A stretch of 64,000 bases of DNA from Pseudomonadales bacterium (GCA_965221105.1 OZ244871.1:831673-895672), one strand, 5' to 3'. Counted from the stretch's first letter, positions 11,668-20,285 are shown. Numbers and translations: made by a program. Notes: generated by a model from the sequence alone, not told the origin.

Positions 11668-12232
11668 CACCCCCCTGTCCTCGACAGATGCTGAAGCACA
11701 ATGGATGTCTGGTGGGTGCTGCCTGCAATCACATATACAAGAATGACCTATTGAAAGGTTACGGATACCCCGATGACGCCCATGATGCCCGGAGGGATGA
11801 GGACGGCGAGGTCGTCACGTTCACCGACGGCGATCTTGTCCATGGGTTTTGGTTGCACGCGGCGAATGTCGGCGTCGCCAGACCGGTCCCTGCACCCGCA
11901 ACATTTCTGAGCCTGGAACCCTCGACCACATATGTGGCGCAGCTTGTTGTCGGTGAGTTGAGGGACCGGGGAGGCAGGGTTGTGACGAATGACGTCGTGA
12001 GCGGTGCCGCCAGCCCGATCAACGGGAAAAAGCCCAAGCCGGTGCTGGCCCAAGTCTGCTTTGAGACGGCCGCCGGCACCAGTTAGCGGTCGCGCTTGCG
12101 GGGGGCCGGCCCGGCCAGCGCATCACGCACAACACCGAGTTCCGGATCCGCTTCGGACAGCACAAGGTCGCCCGGCGGATCACGCATTTCCAGTTCGCGA
12201 TCGAGACCGATGAACCCCAGACTCGCAAGGTC

Positions 12233-12424
12233 ATGGGCAAGACCGGGAAGAAAAGCAGGAAGGCTGGCAGCCGGCAGGTGCGGATCCGCGAGTTGATCCT
12301 CGAGGTGGATGGGCTGGATCGGCTGATCTCCAGCGAGGCCGATCCCACCGAGAACGACCGGGCACTGATGAAGCAGCGACAGGCGGTGCAGCACGAGCTG
12401 TGCCAGGCCGTCAAACCGACTTGA
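12233..12424 (+). CDS. hypothetical small protein (basic N-terminus, helical)
   Basis: 63-aa ORF directly upstream of the coiled-coil membrane ORF. No recognisable family and a weak call. Confidence 0.3.
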   Translation: MGKTGKKSRKAGSRQVRIRELILEVDGLDRLISSEADPTENDRALMKQRQAVQHELCQAVKPT

Positions 12425-12457
12425 AAACCCGGGCATTAGCCGGATAGGATAGGAGCA

Positions 12458-12733
12458 TTGCCGAAAATTGACAATCAAGATCAGGAAAAGCGGCTCCGGG
12501 AGCTGGAAAAGCAGAATCATGAACTGGCGAGAGACATCGCCGTGCTGAGGCAAACCATGGAAACCCACAAGCAGGAATACAAGACCGACATCGCCCGGCT
12601 GGCTGAACAGATGGCCAACTGGAAGACCGACATGGCCCAGAGGGAAAACCGGCAGTTGCTGGCCATCATCGTAGTGGTCGGCGTGGCCACCGCGATACTG
12701 GGTGTGCTGATCGCCGGCATCCCGGCGACATGA
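12458..12733 (+). CDS. small coiled-coil protein with C-terminal transmembrane anchor
   Basis: 91 aa with a TTG start preceded by AGGAG 5 nt upstream. Heptad-like N-terminal 65 aa (EKRLRELEKQNHELARDIAVLRQ..) followed by LLAIIVVVGVATAILGVLIAGI. Confidence 0.5.
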   Translation: MPKIDNQDQEKRLRELEKQNHELARDIAVLRQTMETHKQEYKTDIARLAEQMANWKTDMAQRENRQLLAIIVVVGVATAILGVLIAGIPAT

Positions 12734-12834
12734 ACTCATGCTGCAGCCGTCCGCGCGGAACATCGGCAATATGGATTTTCGCATGTTCGGGAAGTACGAA
12801 AAGTCAACTGGCAGAAGACGATTTTCGGATATAA

Positions 12835-13209
12835 TTGAACGCTGAGTCAATTACAGAGCTTTTGGTCTTTGCATTTACCACTGTACAGCATGGACTCGGA
12901 AAACCGCCTGGCCCACTCTGCCCTCACCAGCGCCGCGATCACCAAGGGTGGTGGCCGTCGACCATGTGCAGGCAGCCCGCGAAGAGATCGCGCCATGAGG
13001 TGGTCGCGCGACTACGGCATCTGCCAGATACCCGCCAACTGGGCGCGCCGGGACAGGCACTGGCCGTCTCTGACTGGCTGACAGAACTCTCGGCGGTCGT
13101 CTGGCACCGCTACGAGATGCCGATACGCGACCTGCTCGAAGCTGAGACCGAGTACCGCAATCCCGCCCAGCAGGACCTGTTTGAGTTCGACGACCCCATA
13201 CCGTTCTGA
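12835..13209 (+). CDS. hypothetical protein / gene remnant (only the C-terminal about 50 aa look protein-like)
   Basis: ORF tail is ..AVSDWLTELSAVVWHRYEMPIRDLLEAETEYRNPAQQDLFEFDDPIPF. The N-terminal part is Arg/Pro-rich and probably not genuine. Confidence 0.25.
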   Translation: MNAESITELLVFAFTTVQHGLGKPPGPLCPHQRRDHQGWWPSTMCRQPAKRSRHEVVARLRHLPDTRQLGAPGQALAVSDWLTELSAVVWHRYEMPIRDLLEAETEYRNPAQQDLFEFDDPIPF

Positions 13210-13344
13210 CACGCCCCTGGCGGCATGGCCTGCCGCCACGTCCTCTCTCAGCCACCCACTCTGTCCCGTCCATGGCAGACGCATCCCGCCTGCCAGGTTC
13301 ACCACTCTGCTCCAGCTCCTACGGATATCTCACCGGCGTAAACA

Positions 13345-13504
13345 CTGTGGGAAATCCCTGCTGAACGGTGGAGAATGAACTCAAGAAACAGGCGAGAACC
13401 CACTTGTGGGTAGAGTCCGAGCCAGTGCATCGCGCTCTTTTTTGAGCACTTGCACAAACTGGGGCTACCGGGGTTCGTCCCCGACCGTCTAGCGGAGTCT
13501 ACGG
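13345..13504 (+). mobile_element. solo left-end fragment of the DUF4338-Tn5-like IS
   Basis: ACACTGTGGGAAATCC resembles the IS end ACACTGTCGAAATCAC at 9327. It is followed, after about 26 extra nt, by a 120-nt copy of the conserved leader (13385..13504). No transposase follows. Confidence 0.6.
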
Positions 13505-13577
13505 TACTACTAACGCAACAACCCGCTGCAACCAGGATGTGGTCGCGGCGACTCCATAAAACAGTCCGCTATAACCA

Positions 13578-14039
13578 TTAGCTACACGGCATCAAATCGT
13601 CGTCATTAATGGTGTAGACAATTTCCCGATAGCTACTGTCATCCAGGGTGACTCTCACCGTGGCGATATCAGCGCTATTGCGGCAATTGTCGTCCTTGGT
13701 GATGATCTGCCAGTGGACTTCGTCAGGCTCGCTACCCGAGTCAAAGGTGAAGGTGGTGGTGTTCTCTCCTGGAGTAGGCCAGACCACATCAGGCTGTGCA
13801 TAGGCGGGGATCGTGTACTCGTTCTGGCAAACGTGGTTGGGAACCGGGTTTCCGCCACCGTCAAAGGCCGCTTCATCTAAGCAGATGGTCTCTTCCGCCA
13901 CAGCGGTGGTTTCGTCGTTCTCACCGCGGACGCCAAGACCGCTTCCAAGACGGATACGTGTGGTAGTGCCGAGAACTTCAAGTTTGGCTACTTTTTGGTC
14001 GGCGATGTCCAGTTCGTGCGCCCAATGGCTTCCCTCCAT
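13578..14039 (-). CDS. hypothetical acidic protein with 4 Cys, no recognisable leader
   Basis: ORF 13578..14168, with the likely start at Met44 (MEGSHWAHELD..). No family recognised. Confidence 0.4.
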   Translation of the reverse strand: MEGSHWAHELDIADQKVAKLEVLGTTTRIRLGSGLGVRGENDETTAVAEETICLDEAAFDGGGNPVPNHVCQNEYTIPAYAQPDVVWPTPGENTTTFTFDSGSEPDEVHWQIITKDDNCRNSADIATVRVTLDDSSYREIVYTINDDDLMPCS

Positions 14040-14236
14040 ACCGGTAAACCTTGCAGGGCGAATAGAGTGTATTGACAGGGTGCGAGATACGGTTGGCGTC
14101 TGGAACAGGGATCGAAATAATCGACAAACCAGGGTAGATTGGCAATGTGGCGCAGACGATGCGCGCACCAGGCTAAGACGGCTTTACCCGAAATATTAAG
14201 ATATACAATATACTAGTTTCAACCGGCAAAACAACG

Positions 14237-14260
14237 GATTTGAAAACTGAGCCACTACCG
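14237..14260 (-). repeat. dispersed 24-nt repeat, copy on minus strand (CGGTAGTGGCTCAGTTTTCAAATCC)
   Basis: Matches copies at 20253, 20286 and 31474 (consensus GGYAGTGNCTCAGTTYNNAAAWYC). Confidence 0.7.
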
Positions 14261-14330
14261 AAAACGATAATCTTTGCCCTGCGGAAAAGTCTGGTTATGA
14301 TGCGCAAAGCTCGGCACAGCAGGCCAATTC

Positions 14331-15077
14331 TTGAACTCGAAACAGGTCAACATTCTCTGCATGAAATGGGGCGACAAATACGGCCCTATCTACGTCAACC
14401 GCCTCTATTCTATGGTGGCGCGCAATCTCAGTCTGCCATTCAGATTCGTATGTCTGACCGACGATTCGGACGGGCTCGTTCCCGACATTGAGAGTTTCCC
14501 CATACCGGAAGTGGGGGCAAACATGGACGATCCAGAGGGACTGAAGCGGGTTCAGGCCTGGAAGAAACTGACGACCCTCCAAAAACCCCTGTACGATATT
14601 TCCGGAACCTGTCTTTTTCTGGATCTGGACATCCTTATCGTCGACAGGATCGACTGTTTCTTCGACCCCGACGGGGAGTTCTTCATCATTCATGAATGGG
14701 ATACCGATGAGACAGTGGGAAACTCGTCAGTGTATCGATTTGAATCCGGAACGCTGGAAGAGGTTCTCAATCACTTTGTCGCACACCGTGATCAGATCGT
14801 GAGCACTTTTGCCAACGAACAGCTCTACCTGTCCAGAAAAGTGGAAGAGATGGGATTGCTGAATTTCTGGCCGAATACATGGTGCCCCAGCTACCGCAAG
14901 CACTGCCTTCCGCACAACCGGATAAAGCGCTGGTTCTCTCCCGGCAGGAAGCCTGAGGGTGCCAGGATTATCATCTTTCACGGTGCACCAGATCCTGAGG
15001 ACGCGATTGCAGGCAAGGGCGATCGGTTTTATCGGCGTCTGGCACCGACGCCCTGGATTGCCGACTACTGGCGATAG
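14331..15077 (+). CDS. putative glycosyltransferase (uncharacterised GT-A-like family)
   Basis: 248 aa. N-terminal ILCMKWGDKYGPIYVNRLYSMVARN and a later DLDILIV acidic motif are recalled from conserved hypothetical glycosyltransferases. Clustered with two other GT genes. Confidence 0.55.
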   Translation: MNSKQVNILCMKWGDKYGPIYVNRLYSMVARNLSLPFRFVCLTDDSDGLVPDIESFPIPEVGANMDDPEGLKRVQAWKKLTTLQKPLYDISGTCLFLDLDILIVDRIDCFFDPDGEFFIIHEWDTDETVGNSSVYRFESGTLEEVLNHFVAHRDQIVSTFANEQLYLSRKVEEMGLLNFWPNTWCPSYRKHCLPHNRIKRWFSPGRKPEGARIIIFHGAPDPEDAIAGKGDRFYRRLAPTPWIADYWR

Positions 15078-16062
15078 TGCGGTGGCCAGAAGAGGGCTCC
15101 CTCCCGGTCCCACCGATTATCGTGCGGACATGGCTCACTGCATCAGCCTGGACTTTCAGGAGGACTAACTCCAGGCGGTGTAATACCCGGGTAACCCAGG
15201 ATGTGCTGACGGCGTTGTATCGGAACGGCCGCCGCACAGTGCCGTTCTGTGTGGTCAGGAAATCCTCGGCAAAGGGAAGGCGAACGATATCCCTCGCCCT
15301 CATGCCGGCAACTTCTTCCTCTGTCATGTAATGAAACGCCTGTACATCACTGCCTACACGACGGCTGGCCAGACGCGAACCAAGGGTCGCCTTCCTGCCG
15401 CGAAAGACCGGTACTTCGGGCACATGCATCACAAAGGGGTGAGCCATCTGCAGCATCTTGGAGAAATGCGATCTGGCCAGCTCGGCATTCGCGGTTTCAG
15501 TTTCCTGAAACTGCCAGCCCACAGTGCGCAACCGCTCGACATGGGCAATCACGACATCGCAGTAATACATGGATACCGGTCGCGGTTTCAGCACCTCCGG
15601 GATACTGTGGTAATAGCCTTGGAATTTTTTCTGTACCCGAACCTGGCGGACAATACTGCTGCGCCGATGGCCCTTCAGAAACACCGGGTTTACAAAGGCG
15701 GCACCAGTACTGGTCGAGAAAAACAGATCCAGTTCCCGCACGTCCCTCCTCTCCAGAGTGCGGACCATCTGGACATCATCCTGCAGGAAAAGAAGATATC
15801 TGGAGGGAGCCCAGGCCAGCGCTTTCTGCATATTCGCATAGAGTCCGCCGTGTCTGCCGGAATCTGTCCCGGAGTGCAACTCCACCAGGCCCGGATAATC
15901 CTGCTCCAGCTGCCTGAGATAGGCACAGGCACCCTCTTCGGTGCTTCCATCATCGAACAGCCGCAGCGGAACAGTATCCGGCATGCAGTGCCACAGGGAT
16001 TCGAGACAGTTTTTCACGCAGTTGCGGCGGTTGTAGGAAAAAACGGCTGCAGCAATGTCCAC
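14971..16062 (-). CDS. glycosyltransferase family 2-like protein
   Basis: 363 aa. N-terminal AAVFSYNRRNCVKNCLESL...LFDDGSTE and a later LQDD match the GT2 pattern. The 3' end overlaps the convergent GT gene by about 100 nt, and the last about 50 aa are low-complexity, so the true stop is uncertain. Confidence 0.6.
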   Translation of the reverse strand: MDIAAAVFSYNRRNCVKNCLESLWHCMPDTVPLRLFDDGSTEEGACAYLRQLEQDYPGLVELHSGTDSGRHGGLYANMQKALAWAPSRYLLFLQDDVQMVRTLERRDVRELDLFFSTSTGAAFVNPVFLKGHRRSSIVRQVRVQKKFQGYYHSIPEVLKPRPVSMYYCDVVIAHVERLRTVGWQFQETETANAELARSHFSKMLQMAHPFVMHVPEVPVFRGRKATLGSRLASRRVGSDVQAFHYMTEEEVAGMRARDIVRLPFAEDFLTTQNGTVRRPFRYNAVSTSWVTRVLHRLELVLLKVQADAVSHVRTIIGGTGREPSSGHRTIASSRQSRASVPDADKTDRPCLQSRPQDLVHRER

Positions 16063-16970
16063 TAGGTCGCCTCAATGCGTTGCAGAAACTCAACGGCCGA
16101 GTCGTCTTTGAGGGTATCCGAATCAATCTTGTGCAGCATGGCAGGCAGCTTTTCGGCATATCTATTGGAGCGACTGTGCACGATGTGGCCCTTGCCAATC
16201 TTGTTGGCAAATTCCTTTTCCGAGCGAGTGTAGTAGTGATTGAGCTGCAGGCTTTCAACGGAATAGAAGGCCTCCGTGCTGCGCTTTTCTGCCGGAAAAA
16301 CCTCACCACGGTCATTGCAGCTTAACCATGCAGCCTGGTTGTCGGTTTGCATGGAATGCACACGCAAGGCTGTCAAATGACAGGGGTCGACAATGCATTT
16401 GAAATTACACAGCCCCGGTTCCGTTGTCATGGGGTTGCGGTGCCTGTGCCTGAAATTAACCACAACGGAACCCCCGGGGTCAGTCCTGTGCCCACTTGTT
16501 CCATACATATGCCAGGGCAGAGACAGGTTTCGACAGCCGCCAAGCGGCTCAAGTGCCGCCGGAATTGAAGTGGCTTTTTTGGGTATCAGGAATTCGTCGA
16601 CATCAATAAAAGCCATCCACCGATAGTCAGCCCCAAAGTTGGACGCAGCGTGGGCATAGGCCAGCACCTGATTGTGGATCTGGCTCCGCCTGAACCGGGC
16701 GTCTCCAACAGTCTGTTTCCAGGGGAGCAGAGTCAGCACTTCGGATGGCAGACAGTTGCGCAGGATGCACTCTGTCGCGTCAGTCGAGCCGTTATCGTAG
16801 ATAAAGAAATGGCGTATGCCGGCTCGATGGTGGAACCCTGCCCATTCTTCAATGTAGCGCGATTCATCCTTGACAATAGCGACCAGGGCTACGCCCTGCC
16901 TTCCGGGATTTTTCTCGGGTGGAACCATTGAAAACCGGCTGATGGTTGTTAACGTGCTGATAAAGCTCAA
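16062..16970 (-). CDS. glycosyltransferase family 92-like protein
   Basis: 302 aa. VAIVKDESRYIEEWAGFHHRAGIRHFFIYDNGSTD and FIDVDEF are typical of the GT92/DUF23-type family. Confidence 0.7.
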   Translation of the reverse strand: MSFISTLTTISRFSMVPPEKNPGRQGVALVAIVKDESRYIEEWAGFHHRAGIRHFFIYDNGSTDATECILRNCLPSEVLTLLPWKQTVGDARFRRSQIHNQVLAYAHAASNFGADYRWMAFIDVDEFLIPKKATSIPAALEPLGGCRNLSLPWHMYGTSGHRTDPGGSVVVNFRHRHRNPMTTEPGLCNFKCIVDPCHLTALRVHSMQTDNQAAWLSCNDRGEVFPAEKRSTEAFYSVESLQLNHYYTRSEKEFANKIGKGHIVHSRSNRYAEKLPAMLHKIDSDTLKDDSAVEFLQRIEAT

Positions 16971-17291
16971 GGAAGACTGGTTTCTGTGGCTACCAGAGCG
17001 CTATAGTAGCATCTTGAAACCTGGTCTTGCAGAACGAAGGTTCCCATCCTCCTGTTGACGAGCCCGAAATCTGGCTGAATTACCTGTACGATCAGGGCCG
17101 ACCGACCGAGCGGTGCAACAGCGGCCAACAACCCCGTGCAATGCGCCGTCGACCTGTGTGCGGGATGGAAGACGATACCCATTGGAAAGCGCACTGCGGA
17201 TCGCGTAATTTGTCACGCGAATTGACCGCACCGAACACAGTCCTGAAGCGGCACAGTGGCAGGATGTTTTTCCCATACAAGGCATTCATCT

Positions 17292-18185
17292 ATGAGTTCC
17301 CTGATTTCAGTACATGAATTGCACAAGTACTTTGGCTCCAACCATGCAGTACGTGGCCTGAGTTTCGAAATCAAACAGGGGATCTGCCTGGGGCTGCTGG
17401 GGCCAAACGGTGCCGGCAAAACAACCACCATTGAAATTCTTGAGGGCATTAAAAGTCCCAGCTCGGGAGAGATTCTGTATCGCGAGCGACCACTGACAGG
17501 CGCACACAAAACCGACTACAAAAGCCGGATCGGCATCCAGTTTCAGGCCACTGCGCTCATGGACTATCTCTCGGTAACAGAGGTTCTGAAGCTTTTTGGC
17601 GGTTTCTATGCTGATCCCATGCCTGTGGACGAGCTTGTTGGACTCTGTGATCTGTCAGAATTTGCCCACCAGCACGCCAACCGGATCTCTGGTGGCCAGC
17701 GACAGCGTCTCCTGCTGGCCATTGCACTGGTCAACAATCCTGAGATTCTTTTCCTGGATGAGCCCACCACCGGGCTGGATCCCCAGTCGCGGCGCAATTT
17801 CTGGACCCTGATCAACCGGATCAAACTGCAGGGTAAAACTGTAGTGTTGACAACCCACTACATGGACGAAGCCCAGACGTTGTGCGACGAACTGCTGATC
17901 GTGGATTACGGCAGCATGGTTGCTCAGGGGTCGCCAGAAGCCCTGCTCGAACAGCACTTCGACAGCCAGCAGGTGTGGCTTGAAGAGATGCCTGGGATCG
18001 AGGTTGAACCCGAACTGGCAATCCCCGGAACCATTGGCGATATGCCGGTGTTTGAGACCCGGAAACCTGCGGATCTCATCGGATATCTCGTCGAAAATGG
18101 CTTCAATATCAACGGGTTGCAGGTGCGATCACCGACACTCGAAGATCTGTTCCTCAAACTGACCGGCCACGCCTTGCGGGACTGA
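17292..18185 (+). CDS. ABC transporter ATP-binding protein
   Basis: Walker A GPNGAGKTT, signature ISGGQRQRL, Walker B ILFLDEPT. Start taken at MSSLISVHEL. Confidence 0.9.
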   Translation: MSSLISVHELHKYFGSNHAVRGLSFEIKQGICLGLLGPNGAGKTTTIEILEGIKSPSSGEILYRERPLTGAHKTDYKSRIGIQFQATALMDYLSVTEVLKLFGGFYADPMPVDELVGLCDLSEFAHQHANRISGGQRQRLLLAIALVNNPEILFLDEPTTGLDPQSRRNFWTLINRIKLQGKTVVLTTHYMDEAQTLCDELLIVDYGSMVAQGSPEALLEQHFDSQQVWLEEMPGIEVEPELAIPGTIGDMPVFETRKPADLIGYLVENGFNINGLQVRSPTLEDLFLKLTGHALRD

Positions 18186-18188
18186 TCC

Positions 18189-19181
18189 GTGCGCACTTTC
18201 CTCGCCCTTGTCATTGCCAGAAACAAGGAGTTCTACCGCGACCGCTCGGCGATGGTCTGGACCATTGTCTTCCCGCTGCTTTTGATCGTCGGCTTCACCT
18301 TTGCCTTTTCCCGGCCCGCGGATGCGATCTTCAAGCTGGGCGTCTGGGGCGACGCGCCTCAGCTGGAACTTCCCGAATATGTGGAACTGGTGACCTATCA
18401 GGACTGGGGCAGGGCAGTGACCCGACTGCGCCACCACGAACTGGATCTCCTCCTCAACCGGGAACAGGGGGTTGCCCTCTACAACGAACTCTCCCCGTCA
18501 AGCGGCGCACTGCTCGATCTGTTGCGTCCCCAGCTGCCACCCGAACTCGAAGTCGAAACCATGCAGGGCAAGGCAGTTCGCTACGTGGAGTGGGCAATAC
18601 CCGGTGTAGTCGGCATGAACATCATGTTCGGCGCCCTCTTTGGTGTGGGTTATGTGATCGTCCGCTATCGCAAGAATGGCGTGTTGAAGCGACTGTCGGC
18701 CGCACCTGTCTCGCCCTTTGCCTTTCTTTCGGCACAGATGCTCTCGCGCTTTATGATCGTCATGATTTCCAACGGAGCCATTCTGGCAGGCTGCGTACTC
18801 ATGCTGGACCTGCGTATGGAGGGAAGCTGGCTGGATCTCACCCTAGCACTCGCTGCCGGGTGCCTGACGATGATCTGCATCGGACTGGTGGTTGCCAGCA
18901 GAGTGAGTAGTGAAGAGCTGGCGGGCGGACTGCTCAATGTACTGAGCTGGCCCATGATGATACTGTCAGAACTCTGGTTTTCCCTGGACAATGCGCCTCA
19001 ATGGATGCAGGCCATTTCCAATCTGCTGCCGCTCACCCACATGGTCAGGGCCATTCGCTCTGTCATGGTTGATGGAGCGGGCCTTATCGGAATCCTGCCA
19101 AACTTGCTCGCACTGGGGTTATTTGGAATCTTCAGCGTGATCTTGGCCGCATGGCTGTTTCGCTGGGAGCCCGGTCAATAG
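18189..19181 (+). CDS. ABC-2 type transporter permease
   Basis: 330 aa with a GTG start 4 nt after the ATPase stop and multiple TM segments. Has the usual ABC-2 layout of a long periplasmic loop after TM1. Confidence 0.85.
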   Translation: MRTFLALVIARNKEFYRDRSAMVWTIVFPLLLIVGFTFAFSRPADAIFKLGVWGDAPQLELPEYVELVTYQDWGRAVTRLRHHELDLLLNREQGVALYNELSPSSGALLDLLRPQLPPELEVETMQGKAVRYVEWAIPGVVGMNIMFGALFGVGYVIVRYRKNGVLKRLSAAPVSPFAFLSAQMLSRFMIVMISNGAILAGCVLMLDLRMEGSWLDLTLALAAGCLTMICIGLVVASRVSSEELAGGLLNVLSWPMMILSELWFSLDNAPQWMQAISNLLPLTHMVRAIRSVMVDGAGLIGILPNLLALGLFGIFSVILAAWLFRWEPGQ

Positions 19182-19221
19182 ACTGGCCGAGTCAAAGGCT
19201 CACCAGGCAGACATAACAAAA

Positions 19222-19245
19222 GGGACTTATATACGAAAGTTGACA
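19222..19245 (+). repeat. left arm of 24-bp inverted repeat GGGACTTATATACGAAAGTTGACA
   Basis: 21/24 identical to the reverse complement of 21322..21345 (GGGAATTACATAGGAAAGTTGACA). Confidence 0.8.
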
Positions 19246-19310
19246 CGTCATAGCGACCTGCTTCGTTCCGCTATTCTTTGACGCTTCACAGGCCGACCAA
19301 TGTCGCCGCC

Positions 19311-19970
19311 TCAACGTCCAGCAGCCCTCGTCCCCAAGGCGAGTATGCTCAAATGCGGCATGATGTCCGCATTGTCCTGATGTCCGCACGCACGGCACCG
19401 GAAGGCGGCCTGCGATGGACGGTTTCCCGTGTGGGCGAACCCGCACACCGGGCACGCACGGCTCGTATGCTTCGGATTCACTTCGACAATATGCCCGGCT
19501 TTGTAGGCGAGCTTCCGCTTCAGGCCATGCCATCCCGTCTCAAGAATGGATTTGTTCAGCCCTGACTTCTGCTTGACGTGCTTGCCGGGTGCTTCTTCCG
19601 TGCCTTTCGCCGAAGCTATCATGCCCTTCGTGTTGAGCTTCAGGGCCACCACCGTTTCGGCTTTGTCGGCGATCTGCTGTGACGTGTGATGCTGCCGGTT
19701 GTCTCGGTAGCATCGGATATTGCGATACACCTTCGACCGGCGCTGCTTTGTGACGTTCCGCCGGTTCGACCCTTTCACCTGCCGCGCCATCCGTCGCTGA
19801 TAGCGACGCTTGCGGGCTTCAAGACGCTGTAGCCGCTGCCCATCCAAACGGTAGATTACGATGCGGCTGTATCTGACGATACGGGTGAATGCGATCGCCC
19901 GGACCGATGTCGTGATACGACGCGTGGATGCTGTCCTCAAACGAAGAACCGAAAAAGGGTACCGCCTCAC
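19311..19970 (-). pseudogene. tnpB: TnpB (IS200/IS605-family OrfB) remnant lacking the N-terminal half
   Basis: 219 aa with ..RKRRYQRRMARQVKGSNRR..ALKLNTKGM..KSGLNKSILETGWHGLKRKLAYKA..VNPKHTSRACPVCG..NRPSQAAFRCRACGHQDNADI. These are the RuvC-II/III and zinc-finger regions only. No tnpA is present. Confidence 0.75.
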
Positions 19971-19980
19971 TTTGAAATTC
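19963..19980 (+). repeat. partial copy of dispersed repeat (CGCCTCACTTTGAAATTC)
   Basis: Aligns to CTCAGTTTGAAAAATTC at 20261..20277. Followed by GTGA as in the 20253 copy. Confidence 0.55.
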
Positions 19981-20252
19981 GTGAGTGTCAGTCCATTTTC
20001 AGGGTCGATGCCGCCGCTGTCACATCCGTTGCGGCCTCCCCGATTACGTCAGTCGTCGTCCCGGATGTCGAACACTACATTTTGGCGCGGATTGTGGGCC
20101 AGGGTGACGATGAGTCGGTTTGCGGGATTGTCCCTGACCGCATTGTTATTCGTCGCCGCCACAAGGTAAGCTTGGGCTGCGGAGCCTGCGGCCACGGTAG
20201 CGCCACACAAAGTGAGTGGACACTGTGGCCATGTCAACCTCTCCTGAAATCT

Positions 20253-20277
20253 GGTAGTGCCTCAGTTTGAAAAATTC
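20253..20277 (+). repeat. dispersed 24-nt repeat copy (GGTAGTGCCTCAGTTTGAAAAATTC)
   Basis: Read directly. Tandem with the 20286 copy. Confidence 0.7.
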
Positions 20278-20285
20278 GTGATTTT

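Larger units (their letters stand above)
9330..11687 (+). mobile_element. IS4-family (Tn5-like) insertion sequence encoding a DUF4338-transposase fusion
   Basis: Proposed imperfect terminal IRs both begin CTGTCGA (9330 and the reverse complement at 11687), like the CTGTCT start of the Tn5 end. The interior encodes DUF4338-like and Tn5-like N-terminal and DDE regions. The boundaries are inferred. Confidence 0.6.

Noticed and set aside
11688-12086. 132-aa + ORF and two overlapping minus-strand ORFs just outside the IS right end
   Set aside because: All three frames are open in this GC-rich stretch and none has a recognisable motif or RBS, so I could not decide which, if any, is coding.
12083-12850. 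255-aa minus-strand ORF
   Set aside because: It is antisense to the better-supported coiled-coil ORFs, which have an RBS and a TM anchor. It is His/Pro/Leu/Gly-rich with no motifs. Only its last about 35 codons (12083..12190) remain ambiguous.
20049-20237. 62-codon ORF (TTG start) with ..LTLCGATVAAGSAAQA resembling the end of a signal peptide
   Set aside because: The RBS (AGGAGAGG) is positioned for a different-frame ATG that gives only 28 codons, and the n-region and most of the h-region are missing. It is probably a remnant of another secreted-protein cassette, so it is mentioned only under the cassette finding.
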